The notes under the pieces: generated by a model
Told to the model about the DNA's origin: nothing
The model's input: only the letters and a program-made list of their open reading frames with translations
The model's database searches: none
Translations under genes and position numbers: made by a program
Shown: one piece after another, positions 52,118 through 64,000 of the stretch
How the letters are laid out: each line of letters begins with the position of its first letter
How positions within the stretch are numbered: the first letter of the stretch is position 1
Assembly: GCA_013239625.1 (NCBI GenBank)
Contig: MU053520.1
Location: forward strand, 1,269,103-1,333,102
From: Lama guanicoe
Taxonomy: Eukaryota
DNA: 64,000 nucleotides
Direction: 5' to 3'

Positions 52118-52842
52118 CTCTGTTCCATCCAATCTCCAGGACAATTGTTTTCTGAAACTGGGCTTTTTAGACCCTTGAGTGTCCAAAGACATATTCTGTA
52201 AGTTAGGAAATTCTCTACAAGAATTGAGTGTGTATTAACTTTGATGATTATATTTAAAGATATTAAATCTAAGCATAGTCTCAATTGTCTAAGTGACAAG
52301 TTTACAATCAAGCACAGAGACACAATTTATGTGACCATGTTTTCTTTTATGTTTATGGTTGGTCTAAGGGAGTAAGGTCTAGCTTAGCCTTGAATGAGTT
52401 CGTAAGCATTTGATTGATGTTAAGAAGGCATAAGCTAGTGTCAAAATGACAATAATCAGCCATCTTTGTCTTTATCCACCTTTGTTTTCATGTTGGCTCC
52501 TTAACCAATAATAGTCATCAAGTGTTCTTTTGCAAGAAAAAGACATTCTCAGATACAGGACTAGCCCTTTAATAAATTGAGACTGATTTGCAATTATGAA
52601 AATGACATTAAGAAATGATGATGCAATATACTTTGTACTATAATGGCTAGAAGTGGGGCATCTCACCAAATGGGGAGGAAGGTGATGTCCAGAGAAGACC
52701 ACTGTAGGTTAGGCTTGAAGAATCATTAGGAGTTAGCATATGTAGAAGTGGAAGGGTGAAGCCTGTACAATGGAAGCACCTTTGCAAACATGTGGATGTA
52801 GGAGTACTTGCATAACAGTATATGTATTTTAAAAAGAACTTA

Positions 52843-55194
52843 GGGGGAAGGGGCCAAGATGGCAGAGTAGAGAGACTCTCAGCTAACCCTCTCCCACAAA
52901 TATACCAAGAATTACATCTACAAGCCAACTGAATCACACAGAACATCTACTGAACTCTGACAGAGTGTCTCTCGCTTCAAAATACAGGAGGATTCTCACA
53001 AAATCTGGTCAGAGAACAAAAGAGCAAAGAAAAAGAAAATCATTGTGGGACTGGTCCTGTGGGGAGGAAGCAGCAAAGGAAGAAAGGCACCTTCATGCTG
53101 GGATGCCCCCTTTCCAGCCAGGAGGTCAGCAGGTACAGAAGTGGAGCTTCTAAGTCTTGGAGAAGAAAGTGTCACTTTCTTGGCAGACAGAACTAAGAGA
53201 AACTGGCACAGAGGGTCCCTGTGATTCCCCAGCCCTAGACACAAGCCAGCGGGAACAAGCCAGACTGGCTACTGGAGATCTGTGAGGAGCCCGGGAAGCG
53301 GGCTGGGGCCCACTGCACAGGGGCAGCCTCAGGGGACTGGAGAGCATTGTGGGCCCTGGCTGGGAGTGCTTGCAGAATAGAAAAGCCTGGAACTCCCATA
53401 AAAAAGCACCACTGCTGGTGTACAGGTTGGGGGGAAGGGGCACAACATAGACTTGCCATAGTCCCATCTCTGCTTGGTTTCATTTTGATGTGTTCTCCAG
53501 AGAATATAGGTGGGGCTTGGTCACAGCTATACCTGTTACATGAAGGCAGGGCAAAAAGCTGAATCCATACCCAGGGGCCCTGCAACTTCACAGGCAGGAC
53601 TGAGATTTGTTTACAGCCCCAGACAGAAAGGGTGGATGTGCTCCTCTGGTGCCATTGTGAACCTTCACTTCTGGGACAAACAGGAAGTGAGGGGAGTTCT
53701 GGCACATGGTGGGGGTGAGAATAGGTATTTACAAAAGGCCTGCATACTGTATCAAATATGAAGGAGAGGCTAGGGTCTGCACTGACCCTGTGGTGCACCA
53801 CACATTCAGGTGTGTGGCTGCATGCTCACTATGTTGGGTCCTAGCACCTGACATTGGTGGATCTGCACTAGTGGATCCTGGGGCCCAGAACCTAGGGGAC
53901 ACCAGAGTGGGTGGCCAAAATTCCTGCAGATGAGCCAGGGACAAAGACACCATCAACAAAGAGTTCTTTGAAAGCTCACATAACAAGTAAAAGACAATCC
54001 CACAGGGGGCACTTCCCAGCAGACATCTCCTGCAGTGGTATACTCAGTGACTCCTCTTCCCACTGAAGCGCTCCAGCCCTGCCTACCACACACCACAGCT
54101 CAGAAAAAGGTCTAGAAACCTCTATTCCAGCAACAGGGGAGCAGACCTGGACCCTGTCAAGGCTGTGACAACCAGAGATTTAAAAAGGAGGCCCCGCTCA
54201 ACAACAACAATCAGGGCCGGCTCTGATCACCACAACACCCACCACAGCCCCAGTCAAAGGGATAACAGCCAACACACACAGAAGAAAGATGTGGCAACCA
54301 TCCATACTAAGAACAACCCTCACAGCAAAACTATTAGACACACACACTCTACACAGGAACACTCCCACTTTAAATAAAAACAAACAAACAAATAAAATCC
54401 CCAGAAGGCCACAGTATATAACTGATACTTCTAAATCCATAGAGACAAAGAAATATAAGTAAAACAGTATGAAGATTCCTTAAAAACTAAAAATAGATTT
54501 ACCATATGATCCAGCAATCCCACTCCTGGGCATATATCCAAAGGGAATCTTAATTCAAAAAGATACATGTACCCTAATGTTCATAGCAGCAATATTTACA
54601 ATAGCCAAAACATGGAAGAAAACTAAATGTCCACCAACAGATGACTGGATGAAGAAGTTGTGATATATTTATATAATGGAATACCACTCAGCCACTAAAA
54701 CAAAAATAAAATAGTGTCATTTGCAGCAACATGGATGGACCTGGAGATTATCATACTAAGTTCAGTAAGCCAGAAAGAGAAAGAAAAATATCATATAATA
54801 TCACTTATAAGTGGAATCTTTAAAAAAAAAGAAAGAAAGGGGGAAAATAAAAGCAAATGAACTTATTTACAAAACAGAAATAGACTCATAGACATAGGAA
54901 ACAAACTTACAGTTACCAGGGGGAAAGGGGTGGAAAGGGAAAAAAAATTGGGAGTTTGCAGATACTAACTAATATGTATATGTTATAGATAAACAACAAA
55001 TTCATACTGTCTAGCACAGGGAACTATATTCAATATCTTGTTACTTATGATGAGAAAGAATATGAAAATGAATATATTTATGGTCATGTATGGCTGAGGC
55101 ATTGTGTTGTACACCAGAAATTGACACAAAATTGTAAACTGACTATACTTCAATAAATATATTTATATACAAAAATATGAAAAAAATAAAAAGT
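52843..55194 (+). mobile_element. Internally deleted L1 (copy C): full 5' UTR fused to ORF2 tail and 3' UTR
   Basis: Start gggggaaggggccaagatggcagagtag...ctcccacaaatatacc...cagaacatctactgaac; junction aaatataagtaaaa|cagtatgaagattcc at 54461-54465; 3' part aligns to copy A from ~20540 to the end; AATAAA at 55152. Confidence 0.9.
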
Positions 55195-55254
55195 AAAAAG
55201 TTCATAAATGGTTAATTGGTACATTACCCAACAACCATATAATATAGTTAGTGA

Positions 55255-55375
55255 GTTTACTATTTTCATTCAGTTTATATATGGGAAAATTGCTGCTCAG
55301 AGAAGTGAAGTAAGTTGGCCTGGATCACAAAGCTTAGAAGTAGCAGGGCTGGGATTTGAAGCCATGAAATTGCTA
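55255..55375 (-). mobile_element. MIR SINE fragment
   Basis: gctcagagaagtgaagtaagttggcctggatcacaaagct...gggctgggatttgaagcca. Confidence 0.7.
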
Positions 55376-55873
55376 TTTTACTAAACGTTTTACTAAACCA
55401 CATTTTATTAATCTAGTGCTTGAGATATTTTTGAAGAACATTCTATATTTCCCTAGTTTATCTGTGTCCTGGTTACCAACCAACCATGTAATAGACACTA
55501 TTAGGTAAGCAGTTGCACAAACCCAGATGCTTTGTGAATTAAAAACCTGCTGAAAAGTTAATGATGAGTGAAATCCAAAAGACCAGTATATATCTAGTGC
55601 CTGTTCTGTTCTAGTAACTCTGGAAGGACTAAGCTGGCCAATGAAGCAGATACACCGGGTCCCGTTTCCAGCGTAAACTTAGATCCCTTCCCATTTACCC
55701 TGTTCCAGTCTGCTTTGTGATCTGACAACACTTTGTTCCTATGCATGTTCTTGGTTTTCTCCTCCAATGCCTCTGGTTTAGAAGATCTGTGATATAATCA
55801 CTTGCCATCTTGAACCTGATGTTCTTATATTCTGTTATCAGTCTCTGGCCTCTGGCACAATGACCACTGCTAT

Positions 55874-56409
55874 TGTTACTGAGCCCAAACTTGTTCTGCT
55901 CACCACACAAAAGACCAGTAGATTGGGAGACGAAATGTTGGAGCAAGGAATAGTGACTTTATTTGGAAAGCCAGCAGACTGAGAGGAGGGCAGACTAATG
56001 TCCTGGAGAACTATCCTATGCAAGTCAGAATTCAGGCTCCTATATACTGAAAAGGGGAGGGAATGTGGTTGATCGTTGCAAACTTCTTGGTGAAGGAATT
56101 CTTTGTTCTTCGAAACCTTTGTTCTTACAGCTGTCCACATGGGTCAGATCATGGTGTCCCTGTAAACCTCCAACAAGACAAGTGTTATTTTCCATTCTGC
56201 AACTTGTTATCTTTATATAAGTACAAAAGTGTTAATATCCTTAAAGATCAGAGCCCAGAGAATAGAGTCTCCTGTATATTTCAGGCTAAAGGCAACATTC
56301 TTTTACAAAACATGCAGAGCTAGCAAGACTAAGCCTAGAAAACAGGGCACAGGGTTAAAGCCAAAGAAGCAGATCTAATATGGAGTCAGATTTGTTCTTT
56401 TCTATTACA
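55874..56409 (-). mobile_element. ERV1-type solo LTR (536 bp)
   Basis: tgttact...tattaca; TSD ctat/ctct (one mismatch); collinear with 48266-48766. Confidence 0.93.
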
Positions 56410-57569
56410 CTCTGGCCCTGGAAAACTGAATGGCTAAGTTTACTTCCTCATGGGGGTGAGTCATCAAAGATGTTATCTATAGAATCAAATTTAAAAATAA
56501 ATAGAAGGACTATAGCATGTAGCAACTTCTAAATTCTCTTTTGGAACACACAAATAACTGTTTGGCTAGTTGCTTTTAATTCTTACCTGAAAGACTGCTC
56601 CTCCCGTTCTCATCCTTCTTGGTGTGACTCAGTGGATTTCTCACAGGTAAGACTGGGTTACCAGCATATGTCCGTCTCGAGGCCATTCTCAGCATTTTGT
56701 AAATCACCCCCTCAAAAAAAAAAAAAGTCAACAAAATAAAGGTTCATTTCACAAAACTTTATTAAGTGTTACAGGGATTCTGTAAAATGTATAAAGAGAA
56801 GTGGAAAAGATTCAAATAAAAGTTATGCAAAACATCTTAAAATATCTGACTAAATACACTCATTCATCCCCAAAATTTCTTTCTGCCAGCTAGCCATCTA
56901 CTCAACTGATCTTCTTTTTCTTTTCCCTTCTCCCCACAGCCTTTCAAATCCTTTCTTTTGCCCAGAAACTTCTTAAAAAGCAGTTTCACGGTTGTTCAGT
57001 CCTGATCCTGGGGACTTTGTGCTCCCTCCAAATTAAATTATTTAGTTACAGAACAAATCTATTAGGGTATGTAGAGTCACAGGAATGGCAACAGTGGTGA
57101 AATTGGCTTTCTAAGAAACAAAATAATTTTCCATATTCTTACACCGATACAGAGAGCAAAACTAATTGCATTTTCAGATTTTATGTCTGCCATTTTATAG
57201 TATACAAATAATCCTCTTGATATTTTAATTAACTCATACTAGGATTTTATACAAGAGCATTCAGACATATTAATAACAAATCATCCATTGACCAACCAAC
57301 ACAATAGATCACAGATGGAAATAAAGTCATATATCAGGATTTGATGATTTTGCTGGTGAGAATTCTTCACACATTCAGAGTGCTTTTACACACATTAAGG
57401 AATTTGGGCTTCAAAATAACCCAATGAGATAAGTAGAGTAGGTTGTTTTATATACACAGTTTTTTGTGTTTTTTTTTGTTTTTTTTTTTTTACTGTTGAG
57501 AAAGTCAAGACTTACTATGGTTACAAAACTAGCATGTGGTGAAGTAGGAAACTTCAAACCCATGCTGTA

Positions 57570-57975
57570 TGTGGGTGTGACAGTCTCAGATTGTCATCAG
57601 TGCTGGTCATCAAGTATTTCTGGCTTTCCTCCTTCTGGATGCAGTAGGCTTGGACTCCCCCCACATTTGAAGATAGACTGTGTGACACGCTTTAGCCAGT
57701 CCCACATAGGTGATAATGATGTATCACTTCTGAGAGGAAACTTTGAGAGCCATCACAGAGTCTCCTCACTCCCTATCATCTTCCATGGTTACAGAGGAAG
57801 CACGTGTCAAAATGGACCCTTAGTCTCTTCCTTTAGTCCCATAATGAAAAAGTCACCCATGTCAACTCACATTGGACAGGTGATTTAAATTTTATGATGC
57901 TCTGTCAGCTTAAGTCACTATGATTGGGAGCTGCGTGTTGTCACAGAGTAACCAAGGCTATCCTGAATTGTATAC
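57570..57975 (+). mobile_element. MLT1-family LTR
   Basis: tgtgtgacacgctttagccag...ttaagtcactatgattgggagctgcgtgttgtcacagagtaaccaaggctatcctgaattgtatac. Confidence 0.7.
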
Positions 57976-59149
57976 TTTGGACTTGAATTCTTTCCCCTTT
58001 CTCCTGTAAACGCTTTACAATAGTGTAAGAAAATAATTGAATGTCAATTGGAAAATGGGTATGAATCACTGAGTCTACCATCCTGCTGCTGTTACATTGG
58101 CTACTACTTGTGTCTCTGGCTGAAAAAGAGAGTTATAGCCCTCCTTATTTGTAGTAAATACTTTTTTATGACATGAAAGAGCAACAACTTATACTGTCTA
58201 CCACCTGCCAATGGGAAATACAACATAACACAATTTAACTGAAGATCATTTCATTCATGAATCACCACTATCGAGAGTTACATCCAAAATTTGTGCCAAA
58301 GAATTCATAGGCTACTTCCTAGCTTATGAAGGCAGCAAGGAGCAAGAGAAGAGTGAAAAACGTGGTGTTAATGTAGATAAATGAAAAAGATTAATAGTGC
58401 TGGTTGAAGAAATAGAAAAGCATTTTCTTTAGGGGCCCAAGCTCTGCTAGGAATGAAATAGCAATAGTTGAGAGATTAATAACATACCCATAAGTAGAAG
58501 ACAAAGGTTGATGAAAGGGCAAGTGTGGTTATGATTAAAGATGATTCTAGAAATTTCAGTATTCTTTCCTCTTTCCTCCTCCTCCTAACTAGGGAAAAAA
58601 ATAGACCATTATAAAGCCAATATAAATTGTCAGTTTGTGAAATGTCTAAGCTTATTATATGTGTGTACATATTCAGCCCTGATTATAAAGCTGTTTTTCC
58701 TATGAGTTCTATCAAGAATAGTGAGTATTCCAAGATGAGGTGGGTGGTGGCAATTTTAAGTAAAGTAAGAAGCCTCAAACATGTGATTATAGAATGATGA
58801 TGATGATAGCAGAATTTTGATAAAATGATAGAATTCTGCCTTCACCATGTTGTCTAATGCCAGCTCAGGGCATAGACAAATCAAGTGGCCACTCGATTTC
58901 ATATCATAATTTGAATGGGGAAAAAAAGGCCTGTCTACCTTCCCAAATGTAAAATGGTTTACCCATTTCCCTCCAGTATTTCTGTCTTTCACAAGTAAGC
59001 TCTTAAAAAAACAAAAACAAACAAACAAACAAATAAAACCTCCCTCTATGCTAAAAATAGCAACTTCCAAATATTCCTGTTGACATTTTCCAGGAATGGA
59101 TATTCTTACCCACAGGTAATGTTTAATAAACAATAACAATTTTTCTAGC

Positions 59150-59310
59150 TCATTGCTTCTCAAACCCTAATGAGTATACAATTACTTGAGAATCTTGTTA
59201 AAATCAAGATTCTGATTCTGTAGGTCTGGGGTGGGGCTTGAGATGCTACGTTTATTACAGTCCTCCAGGTGATGCTGACGTTGTTGGTCAAGGATATCCT
59301 ATTGAGTAGC
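59150..59310. mobile_element. MER5A-like hAT MITE
   Basis: cttgttaaaatcaagattctgattctgtaggtctggggtggggcttgagatgctacg...ctccaggtgatgctgacg. Confidence 0.85.
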
Positions 59311-60289
59311 CAGGTTCCCAATGAGGACATCAAGTCTCAGACTGGTGATGTAGCTTACTCAGGTCCACATCTAGTAGGTGGTAAGACCATTGAAGTGTGT
59401 CTGACTCCACAGCTTATATTCTTGGTCAGTAACTTAATGCTCCCTCATAGAGACGGGCACAGACAGGACACTCTCTGAGAAGAAAGAGGTTAGCATGACA
59501 ACAATGGATTGCTAAGCTAGGAAAAAATAGACATGTTAGCTATCACTCGTTTTGGGAAACATGTGCCATCTGCCTGGAAACATTAAAATTAGACCATGTC
59601 TGCCTTATAGCACACTAGCTGTTTTCATGGTTCCACCTCATAAAGTCACACCATTGCCCCCCTGATGGGAGACAATAAAAGAGAGATTTCCTAACACATG
59701 TGATCACCATTTGGTGCCAACACAGCAGTGTCATGGCACAGGAGAGCCACAGGAAGACATTTAATCAGTCTCTTGGCCTGGGAATCAAGAACCTCAGCCT
59801 CGGGTGCTACTCTGGGAGTCTCTTACAGCAAAGGGCTTCAGTGGTCTACTGACACACTACGGCTTGGCTAAAAGCCCACTTCCGAAGTCTCCGGGACTCG
59901 CTGTGTGTTTTATCACTGCTACTCTGCAGTAGTTGATACTGCAGGCAGAAAACAGGAGAAGTCATTAAAATCACTACAACAGCTACAGGAAAAACATTCA
60001 ATAAATCCCAAGCCTACCAATGAAAAGAGCACCCCAGGGTGGGACAGCTCCTGACATGGACAGGGAGAGAGAGATTCCCCTACAAGGTCAGGGCCAGGAA
60101 GGACCAAACATTAGTGTTACAGCTTAATTTTACCTAAGGCAAAGCCTTCTCTGTCTTATACACTTAGCAGCTCCAATAGGCAACTCCTCAAACCTGTCTA
60201 CACCTGTGTCACCCAGAGTCCATGACTCCTTCCCATACCACACCTGCATCACTTACCATTCCTTTTCTATGCTCTCTTCCCCACTATCC

Positions 60290-61140
60290 CATCAAAAGAA
60301 CAAATCTTACTTAACTTTCCTGAAGGCTCAGCAGAAAGCCATAAAGCCTCTTCTGATTCCATTTCTCTCCACAGCCTCCATCGTCTCCACCTTGGTACAA
60401 GCCATCAACATCTCTCCACTGGAAGGCTACAAGAGCCTTCTAATTTGCTTCCTTGTTTAATGCTTGCCCTCCATGTTGCTAGGTAATTAGATAAGTGGGG
60501 GCGCTGGGCAGGTAGGAGGAGGAGAGAGAGGATGGTCTGGAAGATGGTGCTATGCCCACCTCCAGCATAATAGGACTTTACTTTCTCTAAATGAGTGCCA
60601 GCAAGAAACTGATTAGAACCCAACAGCCACAACTGTGAGGTGGTGGCAAAGACCTAACTGGACATGACCCAGTGCTCATTGTAATATAATTAGCATTGCA
60701 GTTTTAGCCCCCCATGGATTTTTCTGTGTGCATCATGGGTAAGGAGATGCACAAAAGGGGATGAGCATGACTAGGCACTCCAGGGGCAAGAGCTGTCAAT
60801 CAATCAAGAGACCACCTTTAAGCAAGGGTATAAGAGAAAGGGATAAACAAAGACCACTGCTATCCTCCCTTGGATCATTCTGCCTCCCATTCCTGGAGGT
60901 GCACTCACCCTTTGCTAAATAAATCCTTTAAAAAAATCTTTTGCTACACAATGCTTCACCTACCATCTGAATTCCTCTTTCAGTTATGTCAAACTGGGGT
61001 CTTTTCCCTTCCCCTTTTGGCGTAACAGTGTGACCACTCCTGCATGTAGCAATAACAATGATATTTTCAAAAGTAATTTAGATTACACCAATCTCTCCTC
61101 TTAAAACTCTCCCATGGCCTTCATCATATTTCTCCCATCA
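60290..61140 (+). mobile_element. L2 fragment split by an LTR
   Basis: ccaccttggtacaagccatcaacatctctccactggaaggctacaagagccttcta; resumes after 61027 with tagattacaccaatctctcctcttaaaactctcccatggcctt. Confidence 0.7.
60477..61027 (+). mobile_element. ERV1-type solo LTR (551 bp)
   Basis: tgctaggtaattagata...ggcgtaaca; flanks atgt/gtgt; gggtataagag TATA-like element and AATAAA; collinear with 63390-63943. Confidence 0.9.
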
Positions 61141-61399
61141 CACTCCAGAGCCTCAGCCCTGACTACACATGAGACTCTCTTGAAGGTCTCCTGCAAAGTG
61201 GCAAAGCCTGGCCATCAGATTCAGGGTGGAGACTGGGCCACTCCCCTGGTGATTCTCAGCACAGCCACGGTTGTGAACCTCCTTCCCAGGTGATCTGGCC
61301 TGTGCCACCTCTGAGTTTCACAGCACTTACTTCTTCTGATCTTTGTATTGCTGTCTCTGTGTTGTCATTCTCAACCCAAATGTTAGCTCCCCAGGAGGT

Positions 61400-61810
61400 C
61401 ATCTCTGTTGCAGAAACGCCCCCCCTTCCGAGCACTTTTCTCTGCTTAAATTTACTTTGCTTCCTCAAGCTGGGACCTACACTCTCCCATCTGAAAATAA
61501 GGCATTTTGTGTCTGTCTTCTTGTCCACTGTGCCTAGCCCAGGGTAGGCAACACATTCGGTAAACAGTTGTGGAGAAGTATTGAGTCAATTCCCCAGGCA
61601 GATCTAGTAACTTCCGCGTCTGTACCTTTCAAGCACTTTAGACACTGCTTCATTAAAATACATGTTTCATATTTTATCCAGTTACATCTGTGCCTGTTTC
61701 CTCTCGATAGACTGTGAGCTATGTGAGTGTGGGAGCTACGTCTTAATTCATCTTTCTATTTCTGTTCCCTAGCATTGCACAAAATATATGATAGGTGCTT
61801 AATAAAACTA
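61400..61810 (+). mobile_element. Two L2 3'-end fragments
   Basis: cttgtccactgtgcctagcccagggtaggcaacac; tagactgtgagctatgtgagtgtgggagc...cctagcattgcac...taggtgcttaataaa. Confidence 0.6.
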
Positions 61811-62399
61811 AGATATTATCTTTCATTATTAAAACCAGAAACTTATTAGTGACATATCAAGGATGCTACAGTAAACTCAGCGATTTAAAAATTAGGCTCA
61901 AAATCTTCTGAGGAGAATTTTGACATGGGTATTATTTTAGAATCGTTGGCAGGTGGTGATAATAAAAAGCAGAAGAACTCTTAGTCATTTATTATTGATT
62001 TTTAATTGTCTACAGACAACGCATCCCCAGGGTGCCCTGCTCCAGGCTGACTCCTGTTTCTGTCTTGCCTCAGGTGCACCACTGTTTACAAGAGGTGCAA
62101 ACATTCCTTTGCATGACTGTTGTCTTCTTCTATCGAAGCCTCAGACAATTAAGAGCTGAGGCTCGAGGCAGAGGAGCCCTCTTGGCTAAGCTTTAGCAAC
62201 AATTACATGTTCATGTGAACCTGAGACTCCAGTAAACCACGATGAAGCTAATTACCTATCTGCTGCTAGCCTGCAGACATTGGAATCAAGAAGATGCAAA
62301 GAAGCCCAACTGTGCAAGGATAAAATAATGCCATGTTTATTTTATATTACATTTAAAGAAATAGCCCAGAGTCATTTTATGTGTTGTGATTGCATTCAT

Positions 62400-64000
62400 T
62401 TTTATTGGGTATTCTTTTTTAAAGTAATACAAAGCTTGTTGTCACAAGGCAAACACTATGAAGGTATATAAAAAAAATGAAATAAAATAACAATCCTTCT
62501 TAAACCCTCCAGTCTAACGCCAATAGCCCAGTGCAACTTGTTATGTTAATTTACGATTTGGCATATATTCTGTGTACCTATTTCTGTGCCCTTAGAAATA
62601 TAGATAGATGGATGGATAGATAGGATATATACACATACACATATTTACACACATGTATATTTCATGTTTTTATAAAAATTGGGTCATCTCATGCAACCTT
62701 TCTATAAAACTTGCTTTCCATCAACAGTATATTCTGTTCTTCCCTCTGGGTCGTTACATACAAATATAACTCATTCTTTTATATTTATATATTCATTCAC
62801 TCATCATATATTTATGATGACTGTCTACAGATATCTGCTTTCGACACTCAGGTGAACAAAACAGACGGAAGTCTTGCTTTCATGGAATTTGCATTGTAAT
62901 ATGGGAGACAGACAATAAACATAAAGAAATAAAATAACAGCATGTCACATGGTACTGAGTGCTGTAGAGAACAGAAAGCAGGGGGCTCCAGAGAAAGGAG
63001 TATGGGGGGAGGCTTGCTGTTTTTCAGAAGTGGTTGGAGAAGGTGTGTAAGCCAAGAACTGAAGGAAATGAGCCAGCAAGACGTGCATCTATCTGGGGCA
63101 AGAACTCTCCAGGCACAGAGAACAGCAATACAAACAACACTGCCAAAAATATCCTACTAAAAGTTTCCTTATGTACTAAAGCTTCTTGAATCATTGGTCC
63201 AAAGATATGCACATATAAAATACGCACCCCAGATCACTTTTGCAGCAATTTACAGTCCTATCAAAAACCTATCAAAATGTATAAGGATGCCCCTTTCACA
63301 ACAAATTGATCAGCACTGGAAATAATCAATCTTTTTAATTCACGTCAAATTAATGTTTTGACTTTTATTTCTCTGATAACTGGTGAAGTTGTTAGGTAAT
63401 TAGATAAATGGAGGCACCGGGCAGATAGATGGAGGAGAGGGAGGATGGTCTGGAAGATGGTGTTATGCCTACCTCCAGCATAAAGGGACTTCACTTCCTC
63501 TAAATGAATGCCAGCAAGAAACTGGTTAGAACCAAACAGCTGCAACTGCACAGCAGCAGGAAGGACCTACCTAGACACGACCCAGTGCTCATTGTAATAT
63601 AATTAGCATTGAGGTTTAGGCTCCCACATGTTTTTTCTCTGTGTGCATCATGGGTAAGGACATGTGCAAAGAGAACAAACACGGCTAGGCATTCCAGGGG
63701 CAAGAGCCGTCAATCATTCAAGAGACCACCTCTAAGCGAGGGTATAAGAGAAAGGGGCAAATGAAGGCCACTGCTTTTGCTCCCTTGGATCAGCCCAGTT
63801 CCTATTCTTGGAGGTGTACTTTTCGTTTCCTAAATAAATGCTTTAAAATCTTTTGCTACACAGCACTCTGTCTCCCATCTGAAATCTTGCCTTTCAGGTA
63901 TGACAAGAATTGGGGTCTCTTTCCTTCCCCTTTGGAGGTAACAAGGTTAGGCAGCTTTTCATATGGTTTTTGGCCAATAAAAGATTCTCAGTTGGAGGCT
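62400..64000 (-). mobile_element. Ancient L1ME 3' remnant interrupted by a minus-strand L2 (~62790-63140) and an LTR
   Basis: tttatttctctgataactggtgaagt|LTR|aggttaggcagcttttcatatgg continues the reverse ORF2 motif across the LTR. Confidence 0.6.
63390..63943 (+). mobile_element. ERV1-type solo LTR (554 bp)
   Basis: tgttaggtaattagata...ggaggtaaca; flanks aagt/aggt; same family as 60477-61027. Confidence 0.9.

Noticed and set aside
52965..54440. Cluster of longer, GC-richer ORFs (up to 188 aa) or a CpG-island promoter
   Set aside because: All lie within the L1 5' UTR; CpGs are decayed and the peptides are unrecognisable.
28034..56323. Recurrent peptide MVLQDISLPSSQSAGFPNKV in three ORFs as a small gene family
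   Set aside because: Translations of the same LTR family at 27878, 48266 and 55874.
59924..62164. Short hairpins (ctgcagta..tactgcag near 59924; agcctcag..ctgaggct near 62137) as ncRNA
   Set aside because: 8-bp stems are expected by chance in 64 kb; no extended miRNA or snoRNA structure seen.
60477..63943. Intact non-autonomous provirus (LTR-internal-LTR)
   Set aside because: No primer-binding site after the first LTR and no polypurine tract before the second; the spacer contains L2/L1ME; each LTR interrupts its own host repeat.
1..64000. CRISPR array, operon or other prokaryotic system
   Set aside because: The sequence is mammalian; there are no regularly spaced repeats and no gene-dense regions.

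Overview
AT-rich eutherian mammal DNA, most likely camelid. This is inferred from a tRNA-derived SINE of the camelid Vic-1 type, cetartiodactyl-style L1 ends, and no recognisable Alu, Bov-A/B or PRE-1. I cannot support any protein-coding gene, RNA gene or CpG island. The only recognisable ORFs in the track are decayed Tigger1 transposase and L1 fragments. The window is a mosaic of ancient eutherian repeats (L1ME/L1M, L2, MIR, MLT1, MER5, MER53, MER96, Tigger1, one CR1/L3 remnant) overlaid by younger lineage-specific L1s and nine ERV1-type LTRs. The LTRs occur in both orientations, which suggests intergenic DNA. Three signals stand out. (1) Two inverted L1 copies 2.2 kb apart have clearly different 3' UTRs but share a 192-nt identical ORF2 tract with the same zinc-knuckle-destroying mutations, pointing to gene conversion after insertion. 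(2) A 2.35-kb L1 consists of a complete 5' UTR fused at the expected ORF1 start to the ORF2 tail and 3' UTR, a candidate non-autonomous L1 derivative. (3) A head-to-head L1 fusion lacks a target-site duplication (TSD), suggesting an insertion-mediated deletion. Subfamily names come from recalled consensus motifs, boundaries of old repeats are approximate, and all alignments were done by eye.
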